In this document: positions 10,235 to 19,324 of the stretch, one piece after another
Layout of the letters: each line of letters opens with the position of its first letter
Position numbering within the stretch: position 1 is the stretch's first letter
NCBI GenBank assembly: GCA_943372805.1
Contig: CALSAF010000002.1
Coordinates: 6,004 to 70,003, forward strand
DNA length: 64,000 nt
Source: Rhizobium sp. Q54
GTDB lineage: Bacteria > Pseudomonadota > Alphaproteobacteria > Rhizobiales > Rhizobiaceae
Direction of reading: 5' to 3'
Program-made: the position numbers and the translations under genes
The notes under the pieces: model-generated
Database searches by the model: none
Seen by the model: only the letters and a program-made list of their open reading frames with translations
What the model was told of the DNA's origin: nothing

Positions 10235-10371
10235 GGCGTCGGCCGTTGCGCGTCACGCCTCTGGCTGAGCTGCCCGTCCCTCGCGACAACGGGCGCGCCG
10301 TCTTCGCGTCGACAGCGCCGTGCGGTTGCCATATGATTAGAGCGAGACACCCAGACGGCAGGTGACCCGGC

Positions 10372-10614
10372 ATGAACCGCCCTTTTCTCCTCGACGACGC
10401 GTTGCAGGCCCGGCTCACGGAGCTTGCGATCCGCGAGCAGCAGACGGAAGAGCAACTGCTGCAGGAGGCGGTGCGGGATTTTACCGACCAGGAAGACGGG
10501 CGGGCCGGAATCCTGGTCGAGGCGCGGTGGCAATCGCTTGCGGTTGCCAGGTGTCCCAATGCAGATGCTGATCAGACGTTTGTCGATGCCGTTTCGGATT
10601 GGCAGCATGCATGA
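10372..10614 (+). CDS. Small ribbon-helix-helix (CopG-like) protein, putative antitoxin/regulator
   Basis: FLLDDALQARLTELA...EQLLQEAVRDF resembles RHH antitoxins; stop overlaps next ORF. Confidence 0.55.
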   Translation: MNRPFLLDDALQARLTELAIREQQTEEQLLQEAVRDFTDQEDGRAGILVEARWQSLAVARCPNADADQTFVDAVSDWQHA

Positions 10615-11317
10615 CGAACAGGACGGTCGCCAGGGTTCCCGCCTCGTCGGCGGACCTACCCCCGACGCCAGCGCTGCGCTGTTCCTGTTGCAAGGCTTTG
10701 ATGACGTCACCAATACCGTCAGCGCAGAATGGTGCGTCCGCATCAAGGATATGGAGCAATTAAAAGCGGTTCTGGCGCCTGAAAGCGACTCGGATCCCGA
10801 TCTCCACAACCTCTATGCCGGATTGTCGCAATCCGAGATGCAGAAAATCGGCGCCTTGTGCATGCCGCCGATCGTTCCGGATGCCATTCTGACGGGCATC
10901 GCTCGACCGCACCCCGCCCTCAGCGGCACTCCCTATCTCATCCATACGCGTTTTGAACTTCCGCTGATGTTGGACGGACGAAAGCCATTGGCTGTGTTCA
11001 GGGATGTTTACCCATCCGACTGGTTCGACGACTTTCTCGCCCCATTCGAACCCTTTGTGGCCTCTGGCCAAATCCTGCGCCGTATCATCGACACACCGGC
11101 GCCCGCCCTCAAGCAACAGCACCCCGATCTTGATCGCATGCGGGACGTGCTCTTTGCCCTTCCGGATCAGGCGTGGCGGATCGACGCTTATGTCGAAGAG
11201 ATCTTGAACCGAACCCGCGACTGGGACGACGATCTCGAGCGCCGGCAAGGGTCGTTGCTCGGATATGAGGACTGGCAGAATGACTGGTGGATCGAGCAAC
11301 GGTCGAAAGGCAGGTAG
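10607..11317 (+). CDS. Hypothetical protein (236 aa)
   Basis: ATG overlaps upstream stop by 8 nt; globular composition with LPLMLDGRKPLAVF and LERRQGSLLGYEDWQNDWW segments; family not recognised. Confidence 0.7.
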   Translation: MHDEQDGRQGSRLVGGPTPDASAALFLLQGFDDVTNTVSAEWCVRIKDMEQLKAVLAPESDSDPDLHNLYAGLSQSEMQKIGALCMPPIVPDAILTGIARPHPALSGTPYLIHTRFELPLMLDGRKPLAVFRDVYPSDWFDDFLAPFEPFVASGQILRRIIDTPAPALKQQHPDLDRMRDVLFALPDQAWRIDAYVEEILNRTRDWDDDLERRQGSLLGYEDWQNDWWIEQRSKGR

Positions 11318-11447
11318 GCTTTGGCGCGGCTTTCTGCCGTCGCGCGACGATGCGTTCCGGCTGATCAGGCCAATGTCGCATAGTGCGGCGTCGCTGGAGG
11401 TGGCCAGATCAGGGAGATAGCGGCTGGAGACCCGATTGCAGCAAAGG

Positions 11448-11513
11448 CCGACGGTTTCTTTCGCCCAAGCGGTAAAAGAACTCAGCGTCCGGGTTTGGCC
11501 CGAATTCGCCTCT
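11448..11513 (+). repeat. Two ~30-bp 12-6-12 imperfect palindromes (sites A 11448-11477 and B 11484-11513)
   Basis: CCGACGGTTTCT-TTCGCC-CAAGCGGTAAAA and AGCGTCCGGGTT-TGGCCC-GAATTCGCCTCT; share spacer/arm features with sites at 12366, 14171, 14298; degenerate. Confidence 0.45.
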
Positions 11514-11631
11514 GCCCTTAAGGGATACAAACCCACGGCCGCAAAGCTTTCAATACCAGCCATCCCAAACGAGTCGTGGATACCCGCACCAAATGGTGCT
11601 AAATTGGCCACTCGTCTCCGGGAACATAGAC

Positions 11632-11832
11632 ATGCGGTCTACCATAAATCTTGATGATACTCTGTTGGAACGGGCGCGGTCGCTGACGGGCACGAAGGAA
11701 ACGGCAGCTCTTGTTCGACAGGCGCTGGAGACCCTTGTGCGTGTTGAATCGGGTAAACGGCTCATCGCACTCGGAGGCTCCATGCCAGAAGCCGAGGCCG
11801 CACCGCGCCGCCGGAGCAACGACGCAACGTGA
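11632..11832 (+). CDS. vapB: VapB-family antitoxin
   Basis: MRSTINLDDTLLERARSLTG..LVRQALETLV; GTGA overlap with PIN toxin. Confidence 0.9.
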   Translation: MRSTINLDDTLLERARSLTGTKETAALVRQALETLVRVESGKRLIALGGSMPEAEAAPRRRSNDAT

Positions 11833-12212
11833 TCCTGGTCGACACGTCAATCTGGATCGACCATTTTCGTTACGGTGATGCAGACCTTGAAAAAGTCATC
11901 ACGGATGACTGGCTGCTCTGCCACCCTTTCATTATCGGCGAACTGGCGCTTGGAAGTCTGCGACAAAGGGAAGCCGTCATCGCGTTCCTGACCGCTCAGC
12001 GTGAAGCGGCGATTGCGACGCATGCAGAGGTCATGATGACGATTGATCGACATTCGATATTCAGCATGGGGATCGGCTACACCGACGCCCATTTGTTGAC
12101 GTCAACATTGCTCGACCGGCGAGCCTGCTTGTGGACAAGAGATAAGCGTTTAGCGGCCGCAGCACAAAAAGTCGGTGCGGCGCTCTATCAGCCCGCGCAA
12201 GCGTCTCATTAG
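11829..12212 (+). CDS. vapC: VapC PIN-domain toxin
   Basis: MILVDTSIWIDHF, HPFIIGELALG, GIGYTDAHLL, LWTRDKRL. Confidence 0.93.
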   Translation: MILVDTSIWIDHFRYGDADLEKVITDDWLLCHPFIIGELALGSLRQREAVIAFLTAQREAAIATHAEVMMTIDRHSIFSMGIGYTDAHLLTSTLLDRRACLWTRDKRLAAAAQKVGAALYQPAQASH

Positions 12213-12365
12213 AATGGGAAGGCCCCGATGGAGGTGTTGATGGGATGCGCACCCGCAACCGTTGTCTGGAGGATGGGCGGCATGAGTGCTCGGTATGTTT
12301 AGCACAAGTGCCGCGCCGGATTGGGCCAGTCTCGGCCCTACCCGGACGTCCAGGTTTGAAATCCT

Positions 12366-12395
12366 GAAGGCAGCTTTTGGCCCAAACCGGTCATC
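12366..12395 (+). repeat. ~30-bp 12-6-12 imperfect palindrome (site C)
   Basis: GAAGGCAGCTTT-TGGCCC-AAACCGGTCATC. Confidence 0.55.
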
Positions 12396-12526
12396 GGTGG
12401 CTGGATGCCATAGCGCAGCTATGCGGAGTATAGCCGCGAAACGCGGACCTCGTCCGACATCAGCCTCAGAAGGAGTCTAGGGCCCCGCGTCACGGCCCGT
12501 GAGCGCCGTAGCTTGCGGGTGGGCCA

Positions 12527-13168
12527 CTAGCGGCTGAATGTGAGGTGAATGATTCCACTTTCTGCCGTTTCCGATTTCACATTATAGCCAGCTTCCAGGC
12601 CGCGCAGGTCGTCCCAGAGGCGTATGCCTCCTCCCAGCAGTATCGGAGCGATCGCAACATGCAGATGGTCAACAAGTCCAGCTTTGAGATAGTCGCGCAC
12701 CATGGTCGGTCCACCACCTATCCGTACATCCTTGCCGTTTGCGGCACCCACGGCCATCTGGAGCGCTTCAACCGGGGTCGCGGCGAGAAAGTGGAACGTG
12801 GTGCCACCAACCATTTCGATCGACGGCCGCGTGGTATGGGTGAGGACGAAGACCGGGCAGTGGAAGGGCGGCTCGTCACCCCACCACCCCTTCCAGTTCG
12901 GGTCATCGGGAAAGTTGTGCAGCCCGAACTTGCCAGCACCCATGATCTCGGCACCGATGTTGTCGAAATAGTCCTTCGCATAGGCGTCGTCCAAGCCGGT
13001 TGTTCCTGTGCCGCTGTCATCGTGCAGCACTCGCTCCTGGAAGGTCCTCGTTGCAACATAGGCACTCGTGAGGCGCGACCAGTCTTGGCCGAACGGATTG
13101 TCTGGTGTCTGGTCTGTGGTCGTTGCGAAACCATCGAGAGATATAAGAAGATCGACGCGAACTGCCAT
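12527..13168 (-). CDS. Dihydrofolate reductase / RibD C-terminal domain protein
   Basis: ISLDGF, IMGAGKF, WWGDEPPFHCPVFVLTH, KDVRIGGG, HVAIAPILLGGGIRL. Confidence 0.92.
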   Translation of the reverse strand: MAVRVDLLISLDGFATTTDQTPDNPFGQDWSRLTSAYVATRTFQERVLHDDSGTGTTGLDDAYAKDYFDNIGAEIMGAGKFGLHNFPDDPNWKGWWGDEPPFHCPVFVLTHTTRPSIEMVGGTTFHFLAATPVEALQMAVGAANGKDVRIGGGPTMVRDYLKAGLVDHLHVAIAPILLGGGIRLWDDLRGLEAGYNVKSETAESGIIHLTFSR

Positions 13169-13188
13169 TCGGGTGCTCCGAGGAAACT

Positions 13189-13236
13189 AAGGTAATTGCC
13201 TTTGTAATAGCACGTATACACTAAGGCAAGTACCTT
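13189..13236. promoter_or_regulatory. Two imperfect palindromes, putative ArsR operator pair
   Basis: AAGGTAATTGCCTT (13189-13202) and AAGGCAAGTACCTT (13223-13236), both preceded by ACT, between divergent DHFR-like and arsR genes. Confidence 0.55.
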
Positions 13237-13277
13237 TTTGTTCTTGACCGGCCCGGGCAGTCGCTTTACCTAGCGGT

Positions 13278-13628
13278 ATGCCTTTTCATTCGAACCCGCT
13301 CGACCTCGCATTCCATGCTCTCAGCGATCCGACACGCCGGGCGGTGATATCACGTCTCGCCGAGGGAGAGATGCCCGTTAGCGTGCTGGCTGAACCTTTT
13401 GACATGGCGCTCCCCTCGTTCGTCCAGCACCTCAAGGTGCTGGAGGATTGTGGGTTGATCGCCAGCGAGAAGCGCGGACGCAGCCGCTGGTGCCGCCTTG
13501 AACGAGCGCGCTTCGAGGAGGCGGCAAACTGGATGGAAGCGGAGCGCAGATGCTGGGCCGAGCGGCTCGACCGACTGGAAGCCTATCTGGACAACACAAA
13601 AGAGAGCGACGATGGAAAAGCTGTTTGA
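13278..13628 (+). CDS. ArsR/SmtB family transcriptional regulator
   Basis: AFHALSDPTRRAVISRL, HLKVLEDCGLI..EKRGR. Confidence 0.93.
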   Translation: MPFHSNPLDLAFHALSDPTRRAVISRLAEGEMPVSVLAEPFDMALPSFVQHLKVLEDCGLIASEKRGRSRWCRLERARFEEAANWMEAERRCWAERLDRLEAYLDNTKESDDGKAV

Positions 13629-14091
13629 TACCTGGTCGCTGGACCGTGAGATCGTGCTCGTAAAGGTGTTGAAGCACCCGCGCCATAAGGTCTTTGCCGC
13701 CTGGATGGACCCGGAAGCACTCGCGCAGTGGTACGGTCCGGCAGGCCTCACCATCGAGAACCGGAAGGCAGATATCCGCGAGGGCGGGGAATGGCGCTTC
13801 GACATGGTGGGTGTGTTTGAGGGGAAAATGCAGCGCTTTCCCAATCTTATGCGCTTTTTGAAGATCGTGCCGAACGAACTGATCGTGGTGGACTACGGCA
13901 CTCCCGAGCCGAACGATCCGGAGCGTTTCTACATGACGATATCGTTCGATGAGCAGACCGACGGGAAGACCGTGCTGACCATGCGCCAACTTCACCCGAG
14001 CCGTGAACGCCGCCAGACCGTCATCGGCTTCGGCGCGGTGGAGTACGGGCTGCAGACGCTGGACGGGCTGGCGGCCTGGCTCGAAGCCTGA
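13612..14091 (+). CDS. SRPBCC (AHSA1/START-like) domain protein
   Basis: REIVLVKVLKHPRHKVFAAWMDPEALAQWYGP, DIREGGEWRF; overlaps arsR stop. Confidence 0.9.
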   Translation: MEKLFDTWSLDREIVLVKVLKHPRHKVFAAWMDPEALAQWYGPAGLTIENRKADIREGGEWRFDMVGVFEGKMQRFPNLMRFLKIVPNELIVVDYGTPEPNDPERFYMTISFDEQTDGKTVLTMRQLHPSRERRQTVIGFGAVEYGLQTLDGLAAWLEA

Positions 14092-14170
14092 ACGCTCTAC
14101 AGCTAGGGGCGGGCGGGCTCGTTGCAGCGCTAAGAGACCGTCGGCTGTCTGCGGGGTCTGGCCGCCCCCT

Positions 14171-14327
14171 ACTTGCGGATGTGGGTCGGAAGCGGCCATT
14201 GAAGTTGCCCGCACTCTGAGGTTGCTATTCCATCCTGCGTCTAGGTCCAGACAGTTGCGAAGCGGCTCCTAACTGGACCGTGTCCAGGCTTGCCGTTAAT
14301 GTCCCCTATTGGCGCAAAGCGGAAGCC
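14171..14327 (+). repeat. Two ~30-bp 12-6-12 imperfect palindromes (sites E 14171-14200 and F 14298-14327)
   Basis: ACTTGCGGATGT-GGGTCG-GAAGCGGCCATT and AATGTCCCCTAT-TGGCGC-AAAGCGGAAGCC. Confidence 0.55.
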
Positions 14328-14370
14328 TCCATCCAGCCCCCTTCGCCATCCAGAACTACGGTCAAAACTG

Positions 14371-14393
14371 AAAAGGGGGCCGAGGCCCCCTTA
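14371..14393. terminator. Intrinsic terminator hairpin downstream of xylG
   Basis: AAAAGGGGGCCGAGGCCCCCTT; T-run on the minus strand. Confidence 0.75.
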
Positions 14394-14418
14394 AGTATGT
14401 GCGAAGCGTTGCAGCCGC

Positions 14419-15204
14419 TTACGCCGTCTGCATGGCGCCTGGCCCTGGCACTGCCCCCGGAGGGCACTTGCCGAGGATGATCATGCCCAGCACTTCGTCC
14501 TTGGTGACATCCTCTGTGCGGGCATGGCCCACCACGCGGCCGTTCTTCATGACGAAGACGCGGTCGGCGAGGTCGAAGACGTCGTGGATGTCGTGACTGA
14601 TCAGGAAGATGCCGATGCCGTCCTTCTTCAGCTGCATGATGAGGTCACCGACCTGGGCGGTTTCCTGCGGTCCAAGAGCGGCCGTCGGTTCGTCCATGAT
14701 CAGGATCTGGGCGTCGAAGAGGATCGCGCGGGCGATCGCCACCGACTGGCGCTGACCACCTGACAGAGCCTTGACCGGCTCCTTGAAGCGCTGGAAGTTG
14801 GGGTTGAGGCGTCCCATGACTTCGCGGGCCTTGGCTTCCATCGCGACGTCGTCGAGCGTGCCCCAGGCGGTGCGCAGCTCGCGGCCGAGATAGAGGTTGG
14901 CGGCGGCATCGACGTTATCGGCGACGGCGAGCGTCTGATAGATCGTCTCGATGCCATACTTCTTGGCGTCGCGCGGGTTGTTGATGTCGGCGAATTCGCC
15001 CTTGACCAGGATGTCACCATTGTCGCGCTTGTAGGCGCCCGAGAGGATCTTGATCAGGGTCGACTTGCCGGCACCGTTGTGGCCGAGCAGGGCCACGACT
15101 TCACCCGGGAAGAGATCGATCGTGGCATCATCGACAGCGTGAATGCCGCCGAACGAGATGGAAACGTTGCGCATTTCCACGAGGGGGGTGCGATTTTCGG
15201 TCAT
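14419..15204 (-). CDS. xylG: Sugar (xylose-type) ABC transporter ATP-binding protein
   Basis: Walker [26 protein letters not shown]; start MTENRTPLV. Confidence 0.85.
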   Translation of the reverse strand: MTENRTPLVEMRNVSISFGGIHAVDDATIDLFPGEVVALLGHNGAGKSTLIKILSGAYKRDNGDILVKGEFADINNPRDAKKYGIETIYQTLAVADNVDAAANLYLGRELRTAWGTLDDVAMEAKAREVMGRLNPNFQRFKEPVKALSGGQRQSVAIARAILFDAQILIMDEPTAALGPQETAQVGDLIMQLKKDGIGIFLISHDIHDVFDLADRVFVMKNGRVVGHARTEDVTKDEVLGMIILGKCPPGAVPGPGAMQTA

Positions 15205-15218
15205 GAGTTCAACTCCCC

Positions 15219-16532
15219 TTACTTCGCACGGGCGCGGTAGACGGTGTCGAGCCAGACCGCAACGACGAGCACGATACCGATGACGATGCTCTGGAGCGGT
15301 GTGTCGAGACCGAGCAGGACCATGCCCGAATTCAGTGATTGCATGACGATGGCGCCGAGCATGGCGCCGGCGATGGTGCCCACGCCGCCGGCCAGCGAGG
15401 TGCCGCCGATGACGGCTGCGGCGATGGTGTAGAGCTCGTCGAGCGTGCCCTGCGCATTGGTCGCAGCGTTGAGGCGGGCGGTCGAGATGGCAGCGGCGAT
15501 GGCGCAGAGTGCACCCATCAGCGCAAACATCTTGACGGTCACCCACTTCACCTTGATGCCGGCAAGTTCGGCGGCTTCAGGGTTGCCGCCGATGGCGAAG
15601 ACATAGCGGCCGAAGCGGGTGCGGTTGGTGATGAAGGCCATGACCATGGCGATGCCGATGGCAATGAGAACGGGAACGGCAATGCCGAGACCGATCTGCA
15701 GACCACCTTCCGGCCAGGCGATGCCATTGGCTTCTGCGTATTTGCGAGCCAGGTTCACTGGCATGTAATAGCTGTTGGCCACCCAGACCGCGCCGAGCAC
15801 GGCCACGCAGCCGGAGGCCACGAGGAAATATTCGGCCCAGATCGGACGCAGCGGGAAGCCGAAACGACGGCGCTGACGGCGGGTGTTGAGGATCGACAAG
15901 ACGATCATCAGGCAGGCTACGAGGCCGACGATCCAGCTGGCCGTCACGCCGATAGAGCCATCCGCGCCACCGCCCATCAGGCGGTAGGTGGTGTCCATCG
16001 GGGCGACGGTGGCGCCCGAGGTGACCATCCAGGCCGCACCGCGCCAGACGAGCAGGCCGCCGAGCGTGACGATGAAGGCCGGCACGCCGAGGAAGGCGAT
16101 GATCGCGCCATGGAAAGCGCCGATCGCGGTACCGACCAGGATGCCGGCGCCGAGTGCGATGATCCACATCATCGGATGTTCGAAACCGATGATCGGCGGC
16201 AGGATGCGGGCCTGAAGGACCGCCATGATCATGCCGACGAAGCCGAGGATCGAGCCGACGGACAAGTCGATGTTGCGGGTGACGATGACCAGCACCATGC
16301 CGGTGGCCATGACCGAAACGGAGGCGGCCTGGACCGACAGGTTCCACAGGTTACGCGAGGTCAGGAACAGGCCGTTCGACAGGATGTCGAAGCCGACCCA
16401 GATCAGCCCTAGCGCGATCACCATGCCGAGCAGGCGCGTGTCGATCTCGGTGGCCTGGAAGAAGCGTTTTACCGCTGAAACATTGGATGCCCGGGCTCCG
16501 TGCGCGGGCGTGGCAAGGCTGTGATCCGCCAT
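15219..16532 (-). CDS. xylH: Sugar (xylose-type) ABC transporter permease
   Basis: [44 protein letters not shown]. Confidence 0.88.
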   Translation of the reverse strand: MADHSLATPAHGARASNVSAVKRFFQATEIDTRLLGMVIALGLIWVGFDILSNGLFLTSRNLWNLSVQAASVSVMATGMVLVIVTRNIDLSVGSILGFVGMIMAVLQARILPPIIGFEHPMMWIIALGAGILVGTAIGAFHGAIIAFLGVPAFIVTLGGLLVWRGAAWMVTSGATVAPMDTTYRLMGGGADGSIGVTASWIVGLVACLMIVLSILNTRRQRRRFGFPLRPIWAEYFLVASGCVAVLGAVWVANSYYMPVNLARKYAEANGIAWPEGGLQIGLGIAVPVLIAIGIAMVMAFITNRTRFGRYVFAIGGNPEAAELAGIKVKWVTVKMFALMGALCAIAAAISTARLNAATNAQGTLDELYTIAAAVIGGTSLAGGVGTIAGAMLGAIVMQSLNSGMVLLGLDTPLQSIVIGIVLVVAVWLDTVYRARAK

Positions 16533-16776
16533 TACGAATTATTCTCCCCAGTCGTTTGTCGGCTTGCGAAGGGCACGCGTCTCGCGCGGGCTTGCGGGCT
16601 TCGTGCCCGCCATGCGAATCGAGGCATCTCTCATTCGTCGGCGGCTATTGGGTACTCCGAACGGTGGCCCTTCAGGCCGGCCGCCGCGTCCCTGCCGCGA
16701 TGCTCCCGATCAGTCGAAACGCCGCAGCGCAAAAGGCTGCGGCGTCCCGGCTCAAGCTCTAAGGTCAGTCACTCGA

Positions 16777-17817
16777 TCAGTTGCAGGCGGCAACAGAACC
16801 GGCGGCAACGCCCTGGCAGGCCTCTTCCTTGGAGATCCAGCCAGCGTCGATGACGACGTTGAGGTTTTCCTTGGTGACCGGCAGCGGAGCGATGAAGTAG
16901 GAGTTCATTTCGACGCCCTTCGGGCCGCCGGAGAACTTCACCGTACCTTCGACTTCGTCCATGGTCTTGCCGGCTGCGAGAGCGGATGCGATCTCACCAG
17001 CCTTCTGGCCGAGCACGCGGCTGTCCTTCCAGACAGACACGGTCTGGGTGCCGAGAGCAACGCGGTTCAGAGCGGCCTTGTCGCCGTCCTGGCCGGAGAC
17101 CGGAACGGAACCGGCGAGACCCTGGGCTTCCAGAGCTGCAACCACACCGCCGGCCATGCCGTCGTTGGACGAAACAACGGCGTCAACGGCGTTGTTGTTG
17201 GCGGTCAGGAACTGCTCCATGTTCTTCTGGGCAGCTTCCGGCTTCCAGCCGTCGGTGTAGGCTTCGCCGACATTCTTGATCTTGCCGGAATCGATGGCTT
17301 CCTTGAGCACTTCGATCTGGCCGGAATAGAGGAAGTCGGAGTTCGGGTCGGTCGAGGCACCCTTGATGAAGACGTAGTTGCCTTCCGGCTTCGCCTTGAA
17401 CACTTCGCGAGCCTGCATGCGGCCCACTTCCTTGTTGTCGAAGGTGATGTAGTAGGCGTCCGGGTTCTCGATCAGACGGTCGTAACCGACGACCGGGATA
17501 CCTTCAGCGGTGGCCTTTTCGATGGCCGGGCCGATGGCTTCCGAATCCTGGGCGAGAACGATCAGGGCGTTTGCGCCCTGGGCGATCAGGCTTTCGATGT
17601 CGGTCAGCTGCTTGGCGGCAGACGTCTGAGCGTCGGCAGAGATGTACTTGTTGCCAGCGGCTTCAAGCGCTGCCTTGATCGCGGCTTCGTCCGTCTTCCA
17701 ACGCTCTTCCTGGAAGTTCGACCAGGAAACGCCGACCGTCAGGCCTTCGGCGTTGGCAACAGAATGCAGGCTCACGATGACGGCAGTTGCTGCCATCAGC
17801 TTCATAACGGATTTCAT
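16777..17817 (-). CDS. xylF: D-xylose ABC transporter substrate-binding protein
   Basis: Signal peptide; VSWSNFQEERWKTDE, VVGYDRLI, FDNKEVGRMQA, VSGQDGD. Confidence 0.9.
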   Translation of the reverse strand: MKSVMKLMAATAVIVSLHSVANAEGLTVGVSWSNFQEERWKTDEAAIKAALEAAGNKYISADAQTSAAKQLTDIESLIAQGANALIVLAQDSEAIGPAIEKATAEGIPVVGYDRLIENPDAYYITFDNKEVGRMQAREVFKAKPEGNYVFIKGASTDPNSDFLYSGQIEVLKEAIDSGKIKNVGEAYTDGWKPEAAQKNMEQFLTANNNAVDAVVSSNDGMAGGVVAALEAQGLAGSVPVSGQDGDKAALNRVALGTQTVSVWKDSRVLGQKAGEIASALAAGKTMDEVEGTVKFSGGPKGVEMNSYFIAPLPVTKENLNVVIDAGWISKEEACQGVAAGSVAACN

Positions 17818-17917
17818 TTTTAAAACCTCCCAAGGTGATAGCGGACCGTCGGAAGACCTCCCAACCGTACGACCCGCTGCGAAACTGCCCTTACCCCATG
17901 GACCCCCGTCCAATGGT

Positions 17918-17938
17918 TTTTCTCGACAGTCGAGAAAA
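17918..17938. promoter_or_regulatory. Perfect 10-1-10 inverted repeat, putative ROK-repressor operator
   Basis: TTTTCTCGAC-A-GTCGAGAAAA between divergent xylF and ROK regulator. Confidence 0.6.
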
Positions 17939-18054
17939 TAACTGGCAGAAGATTCTCACGCTGTCAACACGGGCCGGAAGCGTCTTGCCAAGACAGTGAC
18001 CAAATGCTTTGGGAGGAGCATGCGGTGGACCATACAAGAGCGGGCGACAAGCCC

Positions 18055-19269
18055 ATGACGACTGCCAGTCCGAGGGCGAGCACGGAGGCCGTTCGCCACC
18101 AGAACAATGGACTGGTGCTGAAGGTGCTGCGCCGGGAAGGACCGCTGGCGCATACAGATCTGTCTGCGGCGACGGGGCTTTCCTCGGCGACCGTATCAGC
18201 GATCACGGCGCATCTCGACAAGAACGGACTGCTGGAACGGCGCGAGGTGGCCAATGCCGGTCAGCGCGGCCGACCGCGCGTGCTGTTTGCCCGCAGGCGG
18301 GACGCAGCCCATGTGATCGCGGTGCGCATCTCCTCGCATGCCGTGCAATATTCGCTCGCCGATTTTCGCGGCACAATGATCGACCGGTTCGAGGAAGCGC
18401 GCGAACAGGGGCCTGAAACGCCGCAGCATTTCCTCGACGGATTTCGGGCCGCGATCGCCCGCTTGATCCAGCGCTCCCGCCTGCCGGCCTCGGCGATCTC
18501 GACCATCTCCATCTCCAGCAAGGGGCTGGTCGACCGCGAGGGGGCAAAGCTCCTTTGGTCGCCGGTCTTCGGCTATCAGGAACTCGATTTCGAGGCGGCG
18601 CTTTCCGATTTCGCCGCCAGCCGCATCCATCTCTTCAACGAGAGCCTGCTGGTGACCCATGCGCTGGCGCTTCGGCTGGAAAAGAATCGCAGCGGCCCGC
18701 TTGCCTCGCTCGCCACACTGTCGCTCGGCCATTCGATCGGGCTCGGATTGGCCTATCGCGACCAGCATGGCGATCTCGAGATCCGGGCACCGAATTTCGG
18801 CCACATGCTGCATGCCGATGACGGCAAGCTCTGTCGTTGCGGGGCGATCGGCTGCATCGAGGCCTCGGCCGGCTTTTACGGCATCCTGCGCATGGCGTTT
18901 GAAGTGCCGCCGGACACCATCCCGGCGAAGTTCGTGCCGCTTGCGGAAATGGAGAAGATCGCGACCCGCGCCCGGCAAGGGCACCGCGCCTCGCAATATG
19001 CTTTCCGTCAGGCAGGACTGGCGCTCGGCCAGGGGCTTTCGCGCATGCTGAGCCTCGCCGAAGAGACGATGCCGATCGCGATCACCGGCCCGGGCACGCG
19101 GTTCATGGACCTGCTCACCCGAGGGCTGGACGAGGGGCTGGCGCAATCGCAGCATGTGCGTGTGCGGGGCGCGCCGGAAATCCTGATCATCACCGAAGAA
19201 GAGACGCTGGTGTTCGAGGGGCATGTCGACCGGGCGCTGACGGAGATTGACCAGGATCTGGGTGGGTGA
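18055..19269 (+). CDS. ROK family transcriptional regulator (XylR/NagC-like)
   Basis: N-terminal HTH (TDLSAATGLSSATVSAI), GRPR, FGHM..CRCGAIGCIEA Zn motif. Confidence 0.9.
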   Translation: MTTASPRASTEAVRHQNNGLVLKVLRREGPLAHTDLSAATGLSSATVSAITAHLDKNGLLERREVANAGQRGRPRVLFARRRDAAHVIAVRISSHAVQYSLADFRGTMIDRFEEAREQGPETPQHFLDGFRAAIARLIQRSRLPASAISTISISSKGLVDREGAKLLWSPVFGYQELDFEAALSDFAASRIHLFNESLLVTHALALRLEKNRSGPLASLATLSLGHSIGLGLAYRDQHGDLEIRAPNFGHMLHADDGKLCRCGAIGCIEASAGFYGILRMAFEVPPDTIPAKFVPLAEMEKIATRARQGHRASQYAFRQAGLALGQGLSRMLSLAEETMPIAITGPGTRFMDLLTRGLDEGLAQSQHVRVRGAPEILIITEEETLVFEGHVDRALTEIDQDLGG

Positions 19270-19324
19270 TCCCAGTAGTAGCTTGATCAAGAGCCGATTT
19301 TTCCAAGCCTGCTAGGGCTTGGCT

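Noticed and set aside
14240-14280. Bulged hairpin GGTCCAGACAGTT..AACTGGACC as an integron attC site
   Set aside because: RYYYAAC and GTTRRRY boxes are not in the required order and there is no integrase.
11448-14327. 12-6-12 sites as chromosomal dif/XerCD sites
   Set aside because: No TTAT(G)..AA XerD-arm signature; arms are GC-rich, unlike known dif sites.
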